This document shows, piece after piece, positions 55,156 to 64,000 of a stretch of DNA of 64,000 bases. The translations under genes and the position numbers were made by a program. The DNA is taken from NCBI RefSeq assembly GCF_017306415.1, contig NZ_JAFKIL010000011.1; one strand, written 5' to 3'. Each line of letters begins with the position of its first letter. Positions within the stretch are counted from its first letter, which is position 1. The notes below the pieces were generated by a model, which was not told the DNA's origin, made no database searches, and was given only the letters and a program-made list of their open reading frames with translations. Source of the DNA: Microbacterium sp. (GTDB taxonomy: Bacteria > Actinomycetota > Actinomycetes > Actinomycetales > Microbacteriaceae).

Positions 55156-56772
55156 GTGGCCAGTGACACGCTCGGCAGCGCGCAGCGCCTGCTCCGCGCC
55201 GGCCGCTGGGCGGAGGCGGAGGCCGCGTTCGAGCGGAGCCTCGCGGGCTCCGGGGATGCCCCGTCCGCGCACGAAGGGCTCGCGCAGGCACGCTGGTGGC
55301 TCGACGACGGCGACGGATGCCTCGCGGCGCGCGAGCAGGCGTACCGCGGATACCGCGCCGCCGACGACCCCCTCGGTGCGGCGCGCGCCGCGACCGCCCT
55401 CGCGTGGGATGCCGTGCTCTTCGGCCAGGGCGCGGCGATTGCGCGGGGCTGGTTCGCGCGCGCCTCCGGGCTCCTCGAACCGTTCCCGGCCTCGTCGGAG
55501 TCGGGCTGGCTGTCGGTGCGCGAGGCGGAGCTCGCCTTCAACATCGACCGCGACGCCGCCCATGCGCTGCGCGCGGCCGAGAGCGCACAGCGACTCGGCG
55601 AGTCGATCGCGGACTCCGACCTCGCGTTCGCCGGCGCCGCGTACGCGGGTCTCGCGCTCGTCGCCCTCGGACGGGTCCGCGACGGACTCCATCGGCTCGA
55701 CGCGGCGGTCGCGGCAGCGACGGCGGGAGATGTCGGCGACCTCATGTGGCTCGGCAAGATCTGCTGCTGGCTGATCGTGGCGTGCCGCGAGACGCACGAC
55801 ATCGAACGCGCCGCGGCCTGGTGCGAGCGGGTCGAGCGGCTCGCGATCGACCTCGGCCTCTCGCCGCTCACCTCGGAATGCCGCATCCAGCACGCCGCGG
55901 TGCAGGTGTCGCGCGGAACGTGGGGCGCCGCCGATGAGCAGCTGACCGCGCTGACCGCACGCTTGGCGACCTCCCGCCGGGAGGCCCGCTTCGAGGCACT
56001 CGCGGAGCTGGGAGAGCTGCGCCGCCGTCAGGGGCGCACGGCGGAGGCCGCCCGCCTGCTCGACCAGGCCGAGTTCCAGACCACCGCGATCGTCGGGCGC
56101 GCGCGGCTGCGGCTCTCCCGCGGCGAGCACGCGTCGGCGTGGTCGCTCGTGGGCGGACTGCTCGACCGCATCCCCGCATCCAACCGGCTGGCCCGTGCCG
56201 ATGTGCTGCCGACCGCGGTGTCGGCGGCGCTCGCGACCGGACGCACGGACGTGGCGGCCGGGTTCGCCGGGGAGCTCTCGGCGACGGCCGCGATGATCGG
56301 CACCCATCCGCTCCTCGCCTTCGCCGCAGCGGCCCGCTCCGAGGTCGGCGGGGACAGTGCCGTCGCGGACGGGCAGGAGGCGGTGCAGCGCTTCAGCGCG
56401 GCCGGGCTCCAGTACGAGGCGGCCCAGTCGCGCCTCATCCTCGCCGGGCGTCTGACCGAGGCGGGCGATGCGCTCGGCGCGGAGGAGCAGCTCCGGGCCG
56501 CCCGGGACGGCTTCGCACTCCTCGGCGCGGCGGCGGACGCCGAGCGGGTGCGGTCGCGGCTGCGGGACGCGGTCGCTCCGGTCCCGCTCACCGGACGACA
56601 ACGGGACGTGCTCCGGCTCGTCGCGGCGGGCAGGACGAACGCCGAGATCGCCGCCGAGATGGGCCTCAGCGAGCACACCGTGCACCGCCACATCGCGAAC
56701 ATCCTGGAGCGACTCGGCGTCGGCTCCCGGGCCGGCGCCGTCGCCCGGGCCGCCGCCGAACGCCTGCTCTGA
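55156..56772 (+). CDS. LuxR-family regulator with TPR-like N-terminus
   Basis: C-terminal LTGRQRDVLRLVAAGRTNAEIA...TVHRHIANIL HTH; divergent from the decarboxylase. Confidence 0.88.
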   Translation: MASDTLGSAQRLLRAGRWAEAEAAFERSLAGSGDAPSAHEGLAQARWWLDDGDGCLAAREQAYRGYRAADDPLGAARAATALAWDAVLFGQGAAIARGWFARASGLLEPFPASSESGWLSVREAELAFNIDRDAAHALRAAESAQRLGESIADSDLAFAGAAYAGLALVALGRVRDGLHRLDAAVAAATAGDVGDLMWLGKICCWLIVACRETHDIERAAAWCERVERLAIDLGLSPLTSECRIQHAAVQVSRGTWGAADEQLTALTARLATSRREARFEALAELGELRRRQGRTAEAARLLDQAEFQTTAIVGRARLRLSRGEHASAWSLVGGLLDRIPASNRLARADVLPTAVSAALATGRTDVAAGFAGELSATAAMIGTHPLLAFAAAARSEVGGDSAVADGQEAVQRFSAAGLQYEAAQSRLILAGRLTEAGDALGAEEQLRAARDGFALLGAAADAERVRSRLRDAVAPVPLTGRQRDVLRLVAAGRTNAEIAAEMGLSEHTVHRHIANILERLGVGSRAGAVARAAAERLL

Positions 56773-56868
56773 GTCCGGCCGCGGGGGGTGGCCGCATCGC
56801 CGCGCTAGCATCGCGGGCAAGCCACCCCGATCGGGGTCGGTCCAGATCGCCGACAAGGAGCACCCGTC

Positions 56869-57285
56869 ATGACCGACACCGAGGACAACACCTCCGTCGT
56901 CCCGCCCGCCGACCCCGCGCCGGTCGCCGCCCCGCCGGCTCCGCCGACCGCGGGCCACTGGGTCCCCTACGACCCGGGCCGCACTCTCGGCATCGTCGGG
57001 TTCGCGCTGTCGTTCATCTTCCCGATCAACATCGCCGGCCTGATCCTCTCGATCGTGGGCATGGTGAAATCGCGCCGCGCGGGGGTCTCCAACGGGTTCG
57101 CACTCGCCGGGATCATCATCAGCGCGGTCGGCATCCTCATCAGCGCCGTCGTGATCACGGTGATCGCCACCACGCTCATCGGGGCGGCGGTGACGTGCGC
57201 GCAGCTCGGGACCGGTGTGCACGTCGTGGGCAACGCGACCTACACGTGCACGCCGACGAGCTTCTACGTCCGCTACGGCAGCTGA
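56869..57285 (+). CDS. DUF4190-like membrane protein
   Basis: Pro-rich N-terminus; LGIVGFALS...GLILSIVG...FALAGIIIS. Confidence 0.7.
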   Translation: MTDTEDNTSVVPPADPAPVAAPPAPPTAGHWVPYDPGRTLGIVGFALSFIFPINIAGLILSIVGMVKSRRAGVSNGFALAGIIISAVGILISAVVITVIATTLIGAAVTCAQLGTGVHVVGNATYTCTPTSFYVRYGS

Positions 57286-57324
57286 GCAACCGGAGGTACC
57301 GCTCCCCGCGACGGTGGTGACGCG

Positions 57325-58515
57325 TCACAGCGCGTGCACCATCCACTGCAGACCGAGGCTGGACAGGATCACCGTCACCCACAGGAGCGCGCCGAGCAGC
57401 AGCGGGCGCGCGCCCGCGCGGCGGAGCGCACCGAGGTCGGTGGACAGCCCGATGGCCGACAGCGCCGTCGCGATGAGGAAGAGGGAGACCGACGCGAGCA
57501 CCGTGTGCGCGGGTGCCGAGATGACGCCGGTGGAATTGATGAGCGCCATCAGCAGGAACCCGATCAGGAACCACGGGACGAGACGGATCGCGCGGCCGAA
57601 CGACATCCGCACCGGTGCGGGCGGGGGTGCGGCGGGCGTGTCGGACGGACCGGGCGGAGGGGACGCCTCGGGCGTGTCGGCGTGAGCGGCGGCATCCGGT
57701 GCGGCGGCGGCATCCGGTGCGGTCGCGGCATTCGGTGCGGTCGCGGCATCCGGTGCGGTCGCGGCATCCGGCGCGGCGGCCCGGCGCCTTCCGACGAGCG
57801 CGGCGAGCGCGATCGTGATCGGGATGATCATGAGCGTGCGGACGAGCTTCACGACGACGGCGTCGTTCGCCGCCGCGCTGCCGTACGTGGAGGCCGCGGC
57901 GACGACGGACGAGGTGTCGTTGACCGCGGTCCCCGCGAAGAGGCCGAATGCGCTCTGACTCATCCCCAGCGCGTGGCCGATGACCGGGAAGACCACGACC
58001 GCCGCGATGTTGAAGAGGAAGATCGTCGAGACGGCGTAGGCGATGTCGGCGCTCACCGCTCCGATGACGGGCGCGACCGCGGCGATGGCGGATGCGCCGC
58101 AGATCCCGGTGCCCACGCCGATCAGCGTGCGCACGTCGCCCACGACACCCAGCAGGCGCCCGAAGAGCCACGCCGCGCCGAGGCAGATGACGAGCGTCCC
58201 GAGCATCACCGGCAGCGAAGAGACGCCGACGCGGGCGACCGCGCCGATCGAGAGCTGCGTGCCGAGGATCACGACCGACAGCTGCAGCACGAACCGCCCG
58301 GCGAAGGCGATCCCGGGCCGAAGCCGCGCCCCCGGCCGGATGATCACACCGAGGATGACGCCGATGACGATGCCGGGGACCGCGCTCCCGACCACCGGTG
58401 CGATCCGCCCGACCACGGTCGAGACGACGGCGATGGCGGCGGCGAGCCCGAGGCCCGGCAGGATCCTGCCCGCGCGAGCGATGCCCGACGGGTTCGTGCT
58501 GAGCGGGACGGTCAC
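57325..58515 (-). CDS. YeiH/UPF0324-family membrane protein (putative sulfate exporter)
   Basis: GTGICGASAIAAVAP, GTAVNDTSSVVAA, VKLVRTL, PWFLIGF; start uncertain. Confidence 0.88.
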   Translation of the reverse strand: MTVPLSTNPSGIARAGRILPGLGLAAAIAVVSTVVGRIAPVVGSAVPGIVIGVILGVIIRPGARLRPGIAFAGRFVLQLSVVILGTQLSIGAVARVGVSSLPVMLGTLVICLGAAWLFGRLLGVVGDVRTLIGVGTGICGASAIAAVAPVIGAVSADIAYAVSTIFLFNIAAVVVFPVIGHALGMSQSAFGLFAGTAVNDTSSVVAAASTYGSAAANDAVVVKLVRTLMIIPITIALAALVGRRRAAAPDAATAPDAATAPNAATAPDAAAAPDAAAHADTPEASPPPGPSDTPAAPPPAPVRMSFGRAIRLVPWFLIGFLLMALINSTGVISAPAHTVLASVSLFLIATALSAIGLSTDLGALRRAGARPLLLGALLWVTVILSSLGLQWMVHAL

Positions 58516-58885
58516 GAGGAGCAACTCTGCCAGGCGCGACCCGCCGTCGCGTCGCACGCCACGCAGTTCGGCGGCCTCACCGGTGCGGTCGCGCGGAGCG
58601 ACGCAGCGGCGAAAGGCGCGAAAACCCGGATCGGCGACGGGCGCGAAAACCCAGAGCAACACGACGACGCGCCGGCTGCAGCATCCGGGCGGTCGGCGTG
58701 TCGTCGTGTTGGTCCGTGTTTTCTGACACGAGCCGGCGGGCCGGGCACGAGCCGGCGGGCTGGGCGCGGGAACAGGCCGGGAGCGGGAACGGCCGGGCGC
58801 GGGAACAGGCCGGCGCCGGAACGGGCCCCCCGGGGACGGAGGCGGGAACGAGCCGGGCGGGGGAACGTGGCGGAGTGACCGGCGC

Positions 58886-60010
58886 TCAGCCCACCGCGGC
58901 GGCGAACTGGGCGAGGGTCATCCCGTAGCTGACGCGCACGCGGGGAAGGGCGAGCTTGTCGGCGCCCGGCCGCACGTACCCGTACTGCGTCGTGACCGCC
59001 ATGTCGAAGCCCGTCTCGCGCAGGCCCTGCTCGGCGTTCGCGTCGTACTGCCCGAACGGGTAGGCGAGCACCTGCGCGACCCCCAGCACGCCGATCGACC
59101 GACGCAGGTCGGCGACGATCTGCGGGACGGTGAAGTTCACCATCCTCCCCTTCCCGTTCGCGCCGGCGGTGTGCATGTCGTCCGTGTGCGACCGCTGCAG
59201 GACGTACATCGAGGGGGACGGCGCGTGCCGGTACGCGGTGATCACGAACGACGTCGTCAGCACGCGGGCCTTCGTCACGACCGGGACCCCGAGCGTCTCC
59301 CACGTGGGATCGGCGTCGTCGTCCGTCACGATGACCGACTTCGGCGGCAGGTAGAGCGCGCCGTCGATGAACGCGTCCAGCTCGTCCCAGGTCGGCAGGT
59401 AGAAGCGCTGCTGTGAGAGGTAGTCCATCTGGTCCGCGAACGCGCCCACGTACGAGTAGTTGAGGCGGAGCCATCCGCTCTCGCCACCCGGCTTGGTCGT
59501 GAACTGGTGGTACATGAGGATGGGCACGCGTGTTCCGGATGCCGCAGCCGCGGCCGGCGACATCCACGCTCCGTAGAGGGTCTGCTCCGTCGTACCGCAG
59601 GCGACCGGCTTCGACCCGTTCACGCGCGCGACCGCCTCGTGCGCGGCAGCGGCGGCCGGAGTGGCGTACCACCCCGCGAACACCTCGCCCTGGCGGCGCG
59701 GGATCGGGAGGTCGCGGTACAGCGTGCCGTCCCACTGGCGCGCCGCCGCGGGCGCGACGCCGTCGGCCTGGAGCGACACGAAGCAGCTGCGGGTCCCGCG
59801 GAGCTCCGACGCCAGCAGCGATCCGCCGGGTGCCGTCGTCGGGCTCGCGGATGCCACGACGAGCGCCGGCGTCCGGTCGGCGGGCCCGAGCGCGGACGCG
59901 CCCGCCGCCAGCACGGCGACGACGGCCAGGATCGTGGCGGCGGGAAGTCCGACGACGAGCGCGACGATGCGCCGTCCGGTCCCGCGGCGCACGGAACGGT
60001 GTGGTGCCAT
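58886..60010 (-). CDS. Secreted polysaccharide deacetylase (CE4/NodB-like)
   Basis: Signal/anchor; FAGWY small beta-domain; PILMYHQF, VTDDDAD, SHTDDMH, AYPFG. Confidence 0.85.
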   Translation of the reverse strand: MAPHRSVRRGTGRRIVALVVGLPAATILAVVAVLAAGASALGPADRTPALVVASASPTTAPGGSLLASELRGTRSCFVSLQADGVAPAAARQWDGTLYRDLPIPRRQGEVFAGWYATPAAAAAHEAVARVNGSKPVACGTTEQTLYGAWMSPAAAAASGTRVPILMYHQFTTKPGGESGWLRLNYSYVGAFADQMDYLSQQRFYLPTWDELDAFIDGALYLPPKSVIVTDDDADPTWETLGVPVVTKARVLTTSFVITAYRHAPSPSMYVLQRSHTDDMHTAGANGKGRMVNFTVPQIVADLRRSIGVLGVAQVLAYPFGQYDANAEQGLRETGFDMAVTTQYGYVRPGADKLALPRVRVSYGMTLAQFAAAVG

Positions 60011-60170
60011 GAGGTCCCCTTCGGGTGGGTGGGGAAGGCGTGGTGGCCGGGTGCATCGTACTCCCGCGGAGCCCCCGCCTCCCGGCGCACACGACGCGAC
60101 GCGCGGGCGCGGCGCGGCGGACCGGCCGCGGCGGACCGGCCGCCGCGGACCCGGCGCGTTCCGCATCCCG

Positions 60171-60257
60171 GTTCGAAAACGCGGACCATGACCGCGACGC
60201 GCCGGCGGCAGCGCCGGGGAGGTCGGCGCGCCGGGGGGCTGGTCCGTGTTTTCGAAC
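60171..60257. repeat. Inverted pair of the GGTCCG(C/T)GTTTTCGAAC motif (stem-loop)
   Basis: 60171-60187 and 60241-60257, one mismatch in 17 bp. Confidence 0.7.
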
Positions 60258-60264
60258 GCGGGGC

Positions 60265-60382
60265 GCGGGAAGAGCCCGGCGTCAGGACGGGCGACCGCCC
60301 GCGGCGGCCCGCACCACGGACACGTGGGGCGGGAAGAGCCCGGCCTCAGGACGGGCGACCGCCCGCGGCGGCCCGCACCACG
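60265..60382. repeat. 54-bp duplication of the dhaK 3' end including its stop codon (64-bp period)
   Basis: 60265-60318 vs 60329-60382, one mismatch. Confidence 0.85.
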
Positions 60383-62052
60383 AGCGCGAAGGAGACCGCG
60401 CCGGCATCCGGGGTGCCGACCGACCGCGCGCCGTGGATGCGGGCGCGTCCGCGCCGCGGTGCGAGCTCGGCCGTCTGCGCGGCTGCCCCCGCGGCGGCCT
60501 CCGCGGCCTCGGCCCACGCGGCATCCAGCGCGTGGCCGGCGGCGACGGCGGCCCGCAGGGCGACCCCGAACGGGACGACCGCGTCGAGCATGGTCTTGTC
60601 GCCCAGCTCGGCTCCCCCACGCGCGCGGATCGCCGTCGCGAACGCCTCCACGGCGTCGGCGACCGCCGCGGCATCCGGCGCAGCCTCGTCGCCGATGGCG
60701 TCCGCCGCGGCGGACAGCGCCGCACCCCACAGGGCTCCGGACGTCCCGCCCGCGACGGCCGACCAGCTCTCCCCCGCGGCGCGCAGTGCCGACCCCGCTC
60801 CGGCACGGGCGTCGACCGCCTCGCGGACGGCGGCGCGCGCGGCCGTCGCACCGGCGGTCATCCCGCGACCGTGGTCGCCGTCCCCCGCGACGGCGTCGAG
60901 CCGGCCGAGCTCGTCCTCCTCGGCGACGAGCGCGGCGAGCACCGTCTCGGCAGCACGGAGCACGCCCGCCGCAGCCGTCGCCGACGCCGGCGCGCCCTCG
61001 GCGAAGACGCGGCGGTGGGCCGCCGCATCCGCGGGGTCGTCGTCCGGCGCGCTCGCGTCGATGCGCCCCCGCGACAGCGCCACGGAGTCGACGGGATCGC
61101 GCCAGAGGTCGTCCAGCTCGTCGTCGAGGTACGCGAGGCTGACCGACACCCCGGCCATGTCGAGGCTCGTCATGAACTCGCCGACCAGGGGCGCGGACGG
61201 TGTCATCCCGGCCGCGACGAGTCGCTCGCGCACGCGGGCGAAGACGAGGTTGAGCTCGTCGTACTTCGTGGATCCGAGTCCGTTCACCAGCACGGCGACC
61301 CGCTGCCCCGCCGCGGGCGGGCGCTCGGCGAAGAGGCCGTCGACGATGACGTCGGCCACGTCGGATGCCGTGCCCACCGCCTGCTCGGCGATTCCGGGCT
61401 CGCCGTGGATGCCCATCCCCACGGCCATGACGCCCTCGGGCACGGTGAAGAGCGGCTCCGCCGACCCGGGCAGCACGCAGCCGGAGAACGCGACCCCGAA
61501 CGACCGCGTGGCCTCGCCGGCGGCGCGCGCCACGCGCTCCACGTCGTCGAGCGCGCCGCCCCGCGCGGCGGCGGCGCCCGCGATCTTGACGACGAAGAGG
61601 CTGCCCGCGATGCCACGGCGGACGTGCCGTTCGCCCGGGCCGCCCGAGGCGATGTCGTCGGCGACCACGACGGTCCTGGCATCCGTGCCGGCGACGACGA
61701 GCTCGTCGCGTGCCGCACCGAAGTGGAGGATGTCGCCGGCGTAGTTGATGGGGAGGAAGAGGATGCCGCCGCCCTGGTCCGCGGCACGCGTCACCTCGAG
61801 GATCTGGTGCTCGGACGGCGACGAGAAGACGTTGCCGCACACGGCGGCGTCGCCGAACCCGCGGCCGACCCAGCCGGCGAAGGCCGGGTAGTGACCCGAT
61901 CCGCCGCCCATCACGATCGCGACCCGGCCCGAGACGGGGTCGCGCCGCACCACGCCGCCGTCGACGTGACGCACGCGGTCCGCGTTGGCGAGCGCGAACG
62001 CCGCCACCGATTCGGTCGCGAACGCCGCCGGGACGTTCACCAGTCGCGTCAT
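60346..62052 (-). CDS. dhaK: Dihydroxyacetone kinase, fused DhaK-DhaL
   Basis: GGGSGHYPAFAG, NVFSSPS, NYAGD, MGIHGEPG, GDGDHG, GDKTMLDA, RGRAR...DAG. Confidence 0.93.
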   Translation of the reverse strand: MTRLVNVPAAFATESVAAFALANADRVRHVDGGVVRRDPVSGRVAIVMGGGSGHYPAFAGWVGRGFGDAAVCGNVFSSPSEHQILEVTRAADQGGGILFLPINYAGDILHFGAARDELVVAGTDARTVVVADDIASGGPGERHVRRGIAGSLFVVKIAGAAAARGGALDDVERVARAAGEATRSFGVAFSGCVLPGSAEPLFTVPEGVMAVGMGIHGEPGIAEQAVGTASDVADVIVDGLFAERPPAAGQRVAVLVNGLGSTKYDELNLVFARVRERLVAAGMTPSAPLVGEFMTSLDMAGVSVSLAYLDDELDDLWRDPVDSVALSRGRIDASAPDDDPADAAAHRRVFAEGAPASATAAAGVLRAAETVLAALVAEEDELGRLDAVAGDGDHGRGMTAGATAARAAVREAVDARAGAGSALRAAGESWSAVAGGTSGALWGAALSAAADAIGDEAAPDAAAVADAVEAFATAIRARGGAELGDKTMLDAVVPFGVALRAAVAAGHALDAAWAEAAEAAAGAAAQTAELAPRRGRARIHGARSVGTPDAGAVSFALVVRAAAGGRPS

Positions 62053-62082
62053 CCGTGAGCTCCCCTGCGTGTCACGGCCGGA

Positions 62083-62532
62083 TCAGGCGACCGGCACGTC
62101 GGTGACGGCCTCGCGCCGCTGGAACCGCCAGCGGCCGTCCTCGCGGACGTAGTCGTCGGTGTAGTGTCCCACTTTCGACAGCTGCGGGGCGCCGTCGTCG
62201 CCGATGACGAAGTAGAGCCAGGTGGCCTCGCCGTGGGCGGTGTCGCCGTCGAGCACGATCCGATGGTTCGCGACGGCGTGGAAGTCCGTCCCGACCTGCA
62301 CGGTCAGCAGTCCGCCGCTCATCCCGTCGACGAGCTCCTTGATCGCGCCGCGGCCGGTCGCCTGCAGCTCCGGCGTGCACCACAGCGTGCCGTCTGCGGC
62401 GAACAGTGCGGCGTAGGCGGCGTTGTCCTTGCCGTCGAGCGCCACCTTGTAGTCGATCGCGAGCTGCCGGATCTCGTCGAGATCCTCGAGCCGGCGGACG
62501 CGCGTGTCGAGGGCGTCGGATTCCTGGGTCAT
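62083..62532 (-). CDS. SnoaL-like/NTF2-family protein
   Basis: LEDLDEIRQL..Y...LD..D, GHYTDDYVREDGRWRF. Confidence 0.85.
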   Translation of the reverse strand: MTQESDALDTRVRRLEDLDEIRQLAIDYKVALDGKDNAAYAALFAADGTLWCTPELQATGRGAIKELVDGMSGGLLTVQVGTDFHAVANHRIVLDGDTAHGEATWLYFVIGDDGAPQLSKVGHYTDDYVREDGRWRFQRREAVTDVPVA

Positions 62533-62551
62533 CTCGGGCTCCTGATTCGGG

Positions 62552-62591
62552 GGGATGTCACTGCTGCGGGATGTCACTGCTGCGGGATGTC
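62552..62591. repeat. 16-bp tandem duplication of the SnoaL gene 3' end
   Basis: GGGATGTCACTGCTGC x2 plus GGGATGTC; includes the stop codon. Confidence 0.75.
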
Positions 62592-63017
62592 GACCGCCGC
62601 GACGCGGCGGGCGAACTTCCATTCGCCGTCCTCGCGGACGTACTCGTCGTCGTAGTGCCCGACCAGGAGGATCTCCGGAGTGTCCGCCGCGGAGCGGCCG
62701 ATGAGACTCCACAGGCAGAACCCCGTCGCGGTGTCGCCGGTGACGGTGATGCGCGGTTCGGTCACGAGGTGGGTCGTCGTCGGACCCGGCGCCGGCGGAT
62801 TCGGGGCGAGGCGCTCCTCGAGCATCGCCTGGATGCCGGCCGGCGTGCGCGCGGACCCGGTGCGTCCCTCCCACGTGCCGTCGGCCGCGAACAGCGCCGC
62901 ATAGGCGGCGAGATCGCGACGGTCGAGCTCCTCGCGATAGCGCAGGACGAGGTCGCGGATCTGCTGTCGGTCCTCCAGCTCGCGGACGCGGGCCTCGCGG
63001 GCGGCGTCGTCGCTCAC
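62574..63017 (-). CDS. SnoaL-like/NTF2-family protein (paralog)
   Basis: LEDRQQIRDL..Y...LD..D, GHYDDEYVREDGEWKF. Confidence 0.85.
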   Translation of the reverse strand: MSDDAAREARVRELEDRQQIRDLVLRYREELDRRDLAAYAALFAADGTWEGRTGSARTPAGIQAMLEERLAPNPPAPGPTTTHLVTEPRITVTGDTATGFCLWSLIGRSAADTPEILLVGHYDDEYVREDGEWKFARRVAAVDIPQQ

Positions 63018-63943
63018 GCGGCCCACCGCTCCGGTCGGTGGGAGGGCAGCCGGGCAGACCGGACCTTCGTCTCGATGCGCACGAGCTTCGTGGTCATCGT
63101 GATGAACAGGGTCCGCAGGTCGGGGCCGCCCCACACGAGGTTCCCGGAGACCTCCGGCGTCGGCAGGATGTCGATCAGCTTCTCGTCCGGACCGAAGATC
63201 CAGATGCCGTCACGCGCCGTCACCCACACGTTGCCGAGCTCGTCGACCTTGAGGCCGTCCGGGTTCCCGGTCCCCGGGATGTCTTTGCTGCCCATGTCGT
63301 CGGCCACGAGGCGTCCGTTCACGAGCGACCCGTCCTCGGCCACGTCGAAGGCCTTGAGGTTCGTCCGGTCGTCGATGTACATGGTCTTCTCGTCGGGCGA
63401 GAAGGCGAGCCCGTTGGGCTGCTCGAATTCGTCCCGGTCGACGACGAGCTGCACAGGCCCGCCGCCCGGCGGGACGCGGAAGACGCCCTGGAAGTCCAGG
63501 TCGCATTTGCGCTCGACGCCCACCCACACCGGCCACCGGCCGTAGTTCGGGTCGGTGAAGTAGATGCTGCCGTCCGAGTGCACGACGACGTCATTGGGGC
63601 TGTTGAGGTACTTGCCCCCGAAGTGGAAGGCCGGGATCGTCCGGGCCCCGTCAGGCTGGATCCGCACGAGCGAGCTCGTCACCTGCTCGCAGACGAGCAG
63701 CCCGCCGTCGGCGTCGAACACGGCGCCGTTGCCCATGTAGTCGGGCGACTCGACGAGCTCGGGGCCGCGCTCCTCCGTCCAGCGCCACCGCGCGTCACCG
63801 GGGATGTCGTGGAAGATCAGCTCCTGCGTGACGTCGTTCCACGCCGGGCCCTCGCTGAACAGGAATCCCTCGGCGAGCTGCTCCAGCTCGGCATCCGGAT
63901 CGATGAGGTGATGCAGGCTCTCGGGAATCTGCAGCTTCGTCAC
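63014..63943 (-). CDS. SMP-30/gluconolactonase family protein
   Basis: FSEGPAW, NSPND, QPNGLAFSPDE, PDGLKVDELGN; GTG after GAAGGA. Confidence 0.9.
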   Translation of the reverse strand: MTKLQIPESLHHLIDPDAELEQLAEGFLFSEGPAWNDVTQELIFHDIPGDARWRWTEERGPELVESPDYMGNGAVFDADGGLLVCEQVTSSLVRIQPDGARTIPAFHFGGKYLNSPNDVVVHSDGSIYFTDPNYGRWPVWVGVERKCDLDFQGVFRVPPGGGPVQLVVDRDEFEQPNGLAFSPDEKTMYIDDRTNLKAFDVAEDGSLVNGRLVADDMGSKDIPGTGNPDGLKVDELGNVWVTARDGIWIFGPDEKLIDILPTPEVSGNLVWGGPDLRTLFITMTTKLVRIETKVRSARLPSHRPERWAA

Positions 63944-64000
63944 TGTCGTGTCCTTCTGATCTCGTTCGTTGAGGATGTCTCGGGTCGGGGGCCGGCCCAC

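Noticed and set aside
58516-58720. SAM or other riboswitch upstream of the YeiH-family gene
   Set aside because: No recognisable SAM-I/IV or other aptamer core by eye; an Infernal/Rfam scan would be decisive

Overview
64 kb of very GC-rich actinobacterial chromosome; the gene content looks Microbacteriaceae/Microbacterium-like (inference). Most very long ORFs in the supplied track are antisense or frame shadows typical of ~70% GC DNA, so real genes were chosen by motif content, codon sense and start/stop coupling. Ordinary content: a type III PKS-methyltransferase-FAD monooxygenase-UbiA cluster, a two-component system, hydrolases, a P-type ATPase, acyl-CoA dehydrogenase, two ECF sigma loci, an Asp23/Gls24 cluster, dinB, a TetR/haloperoxidase pair, a PLP decarboxylase, a polysaccharide deacetylase and a DhaK/SnoaL/lactonase operon. 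Most interesting: (1) a translationally coupled pair of giant uncharacterised genes (~2280 aa + 1255 aa, 22.0-32.6 kb); the larger has an OmpA-like motif and a long beta-rich DUF6603-like region but no signal peptide. (2) A sortase-anchored surface protein (19970-21550) with 11 His-rich 9-mers and 11 acidic/aromatic 10-mers, bracketed by its only two cysteines, suggesting one long disulfide-clamped beta-hairpin stalk carrying a small tip domain. (3) An AT-richer Rhs polymorphic-toxin island (42.4-46.7 kb) with an ADP-ribosyltransferase-like tip, eroded REase-fold tips and about five immunity-type genes, joined back-to-back to a headless MmyB-type regulator. (4) Recurrent short duplications of gene 3' ends, one of which brackets a G-quadruplex-prone low-complexity tract. 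(5) A cold-shock gene with an in-frame deletion across its RNP motifs. No rRNA, tRNA, CRISPR array or IS transposase was recognised. All domain names come from motif recognition by eye, not database searches.
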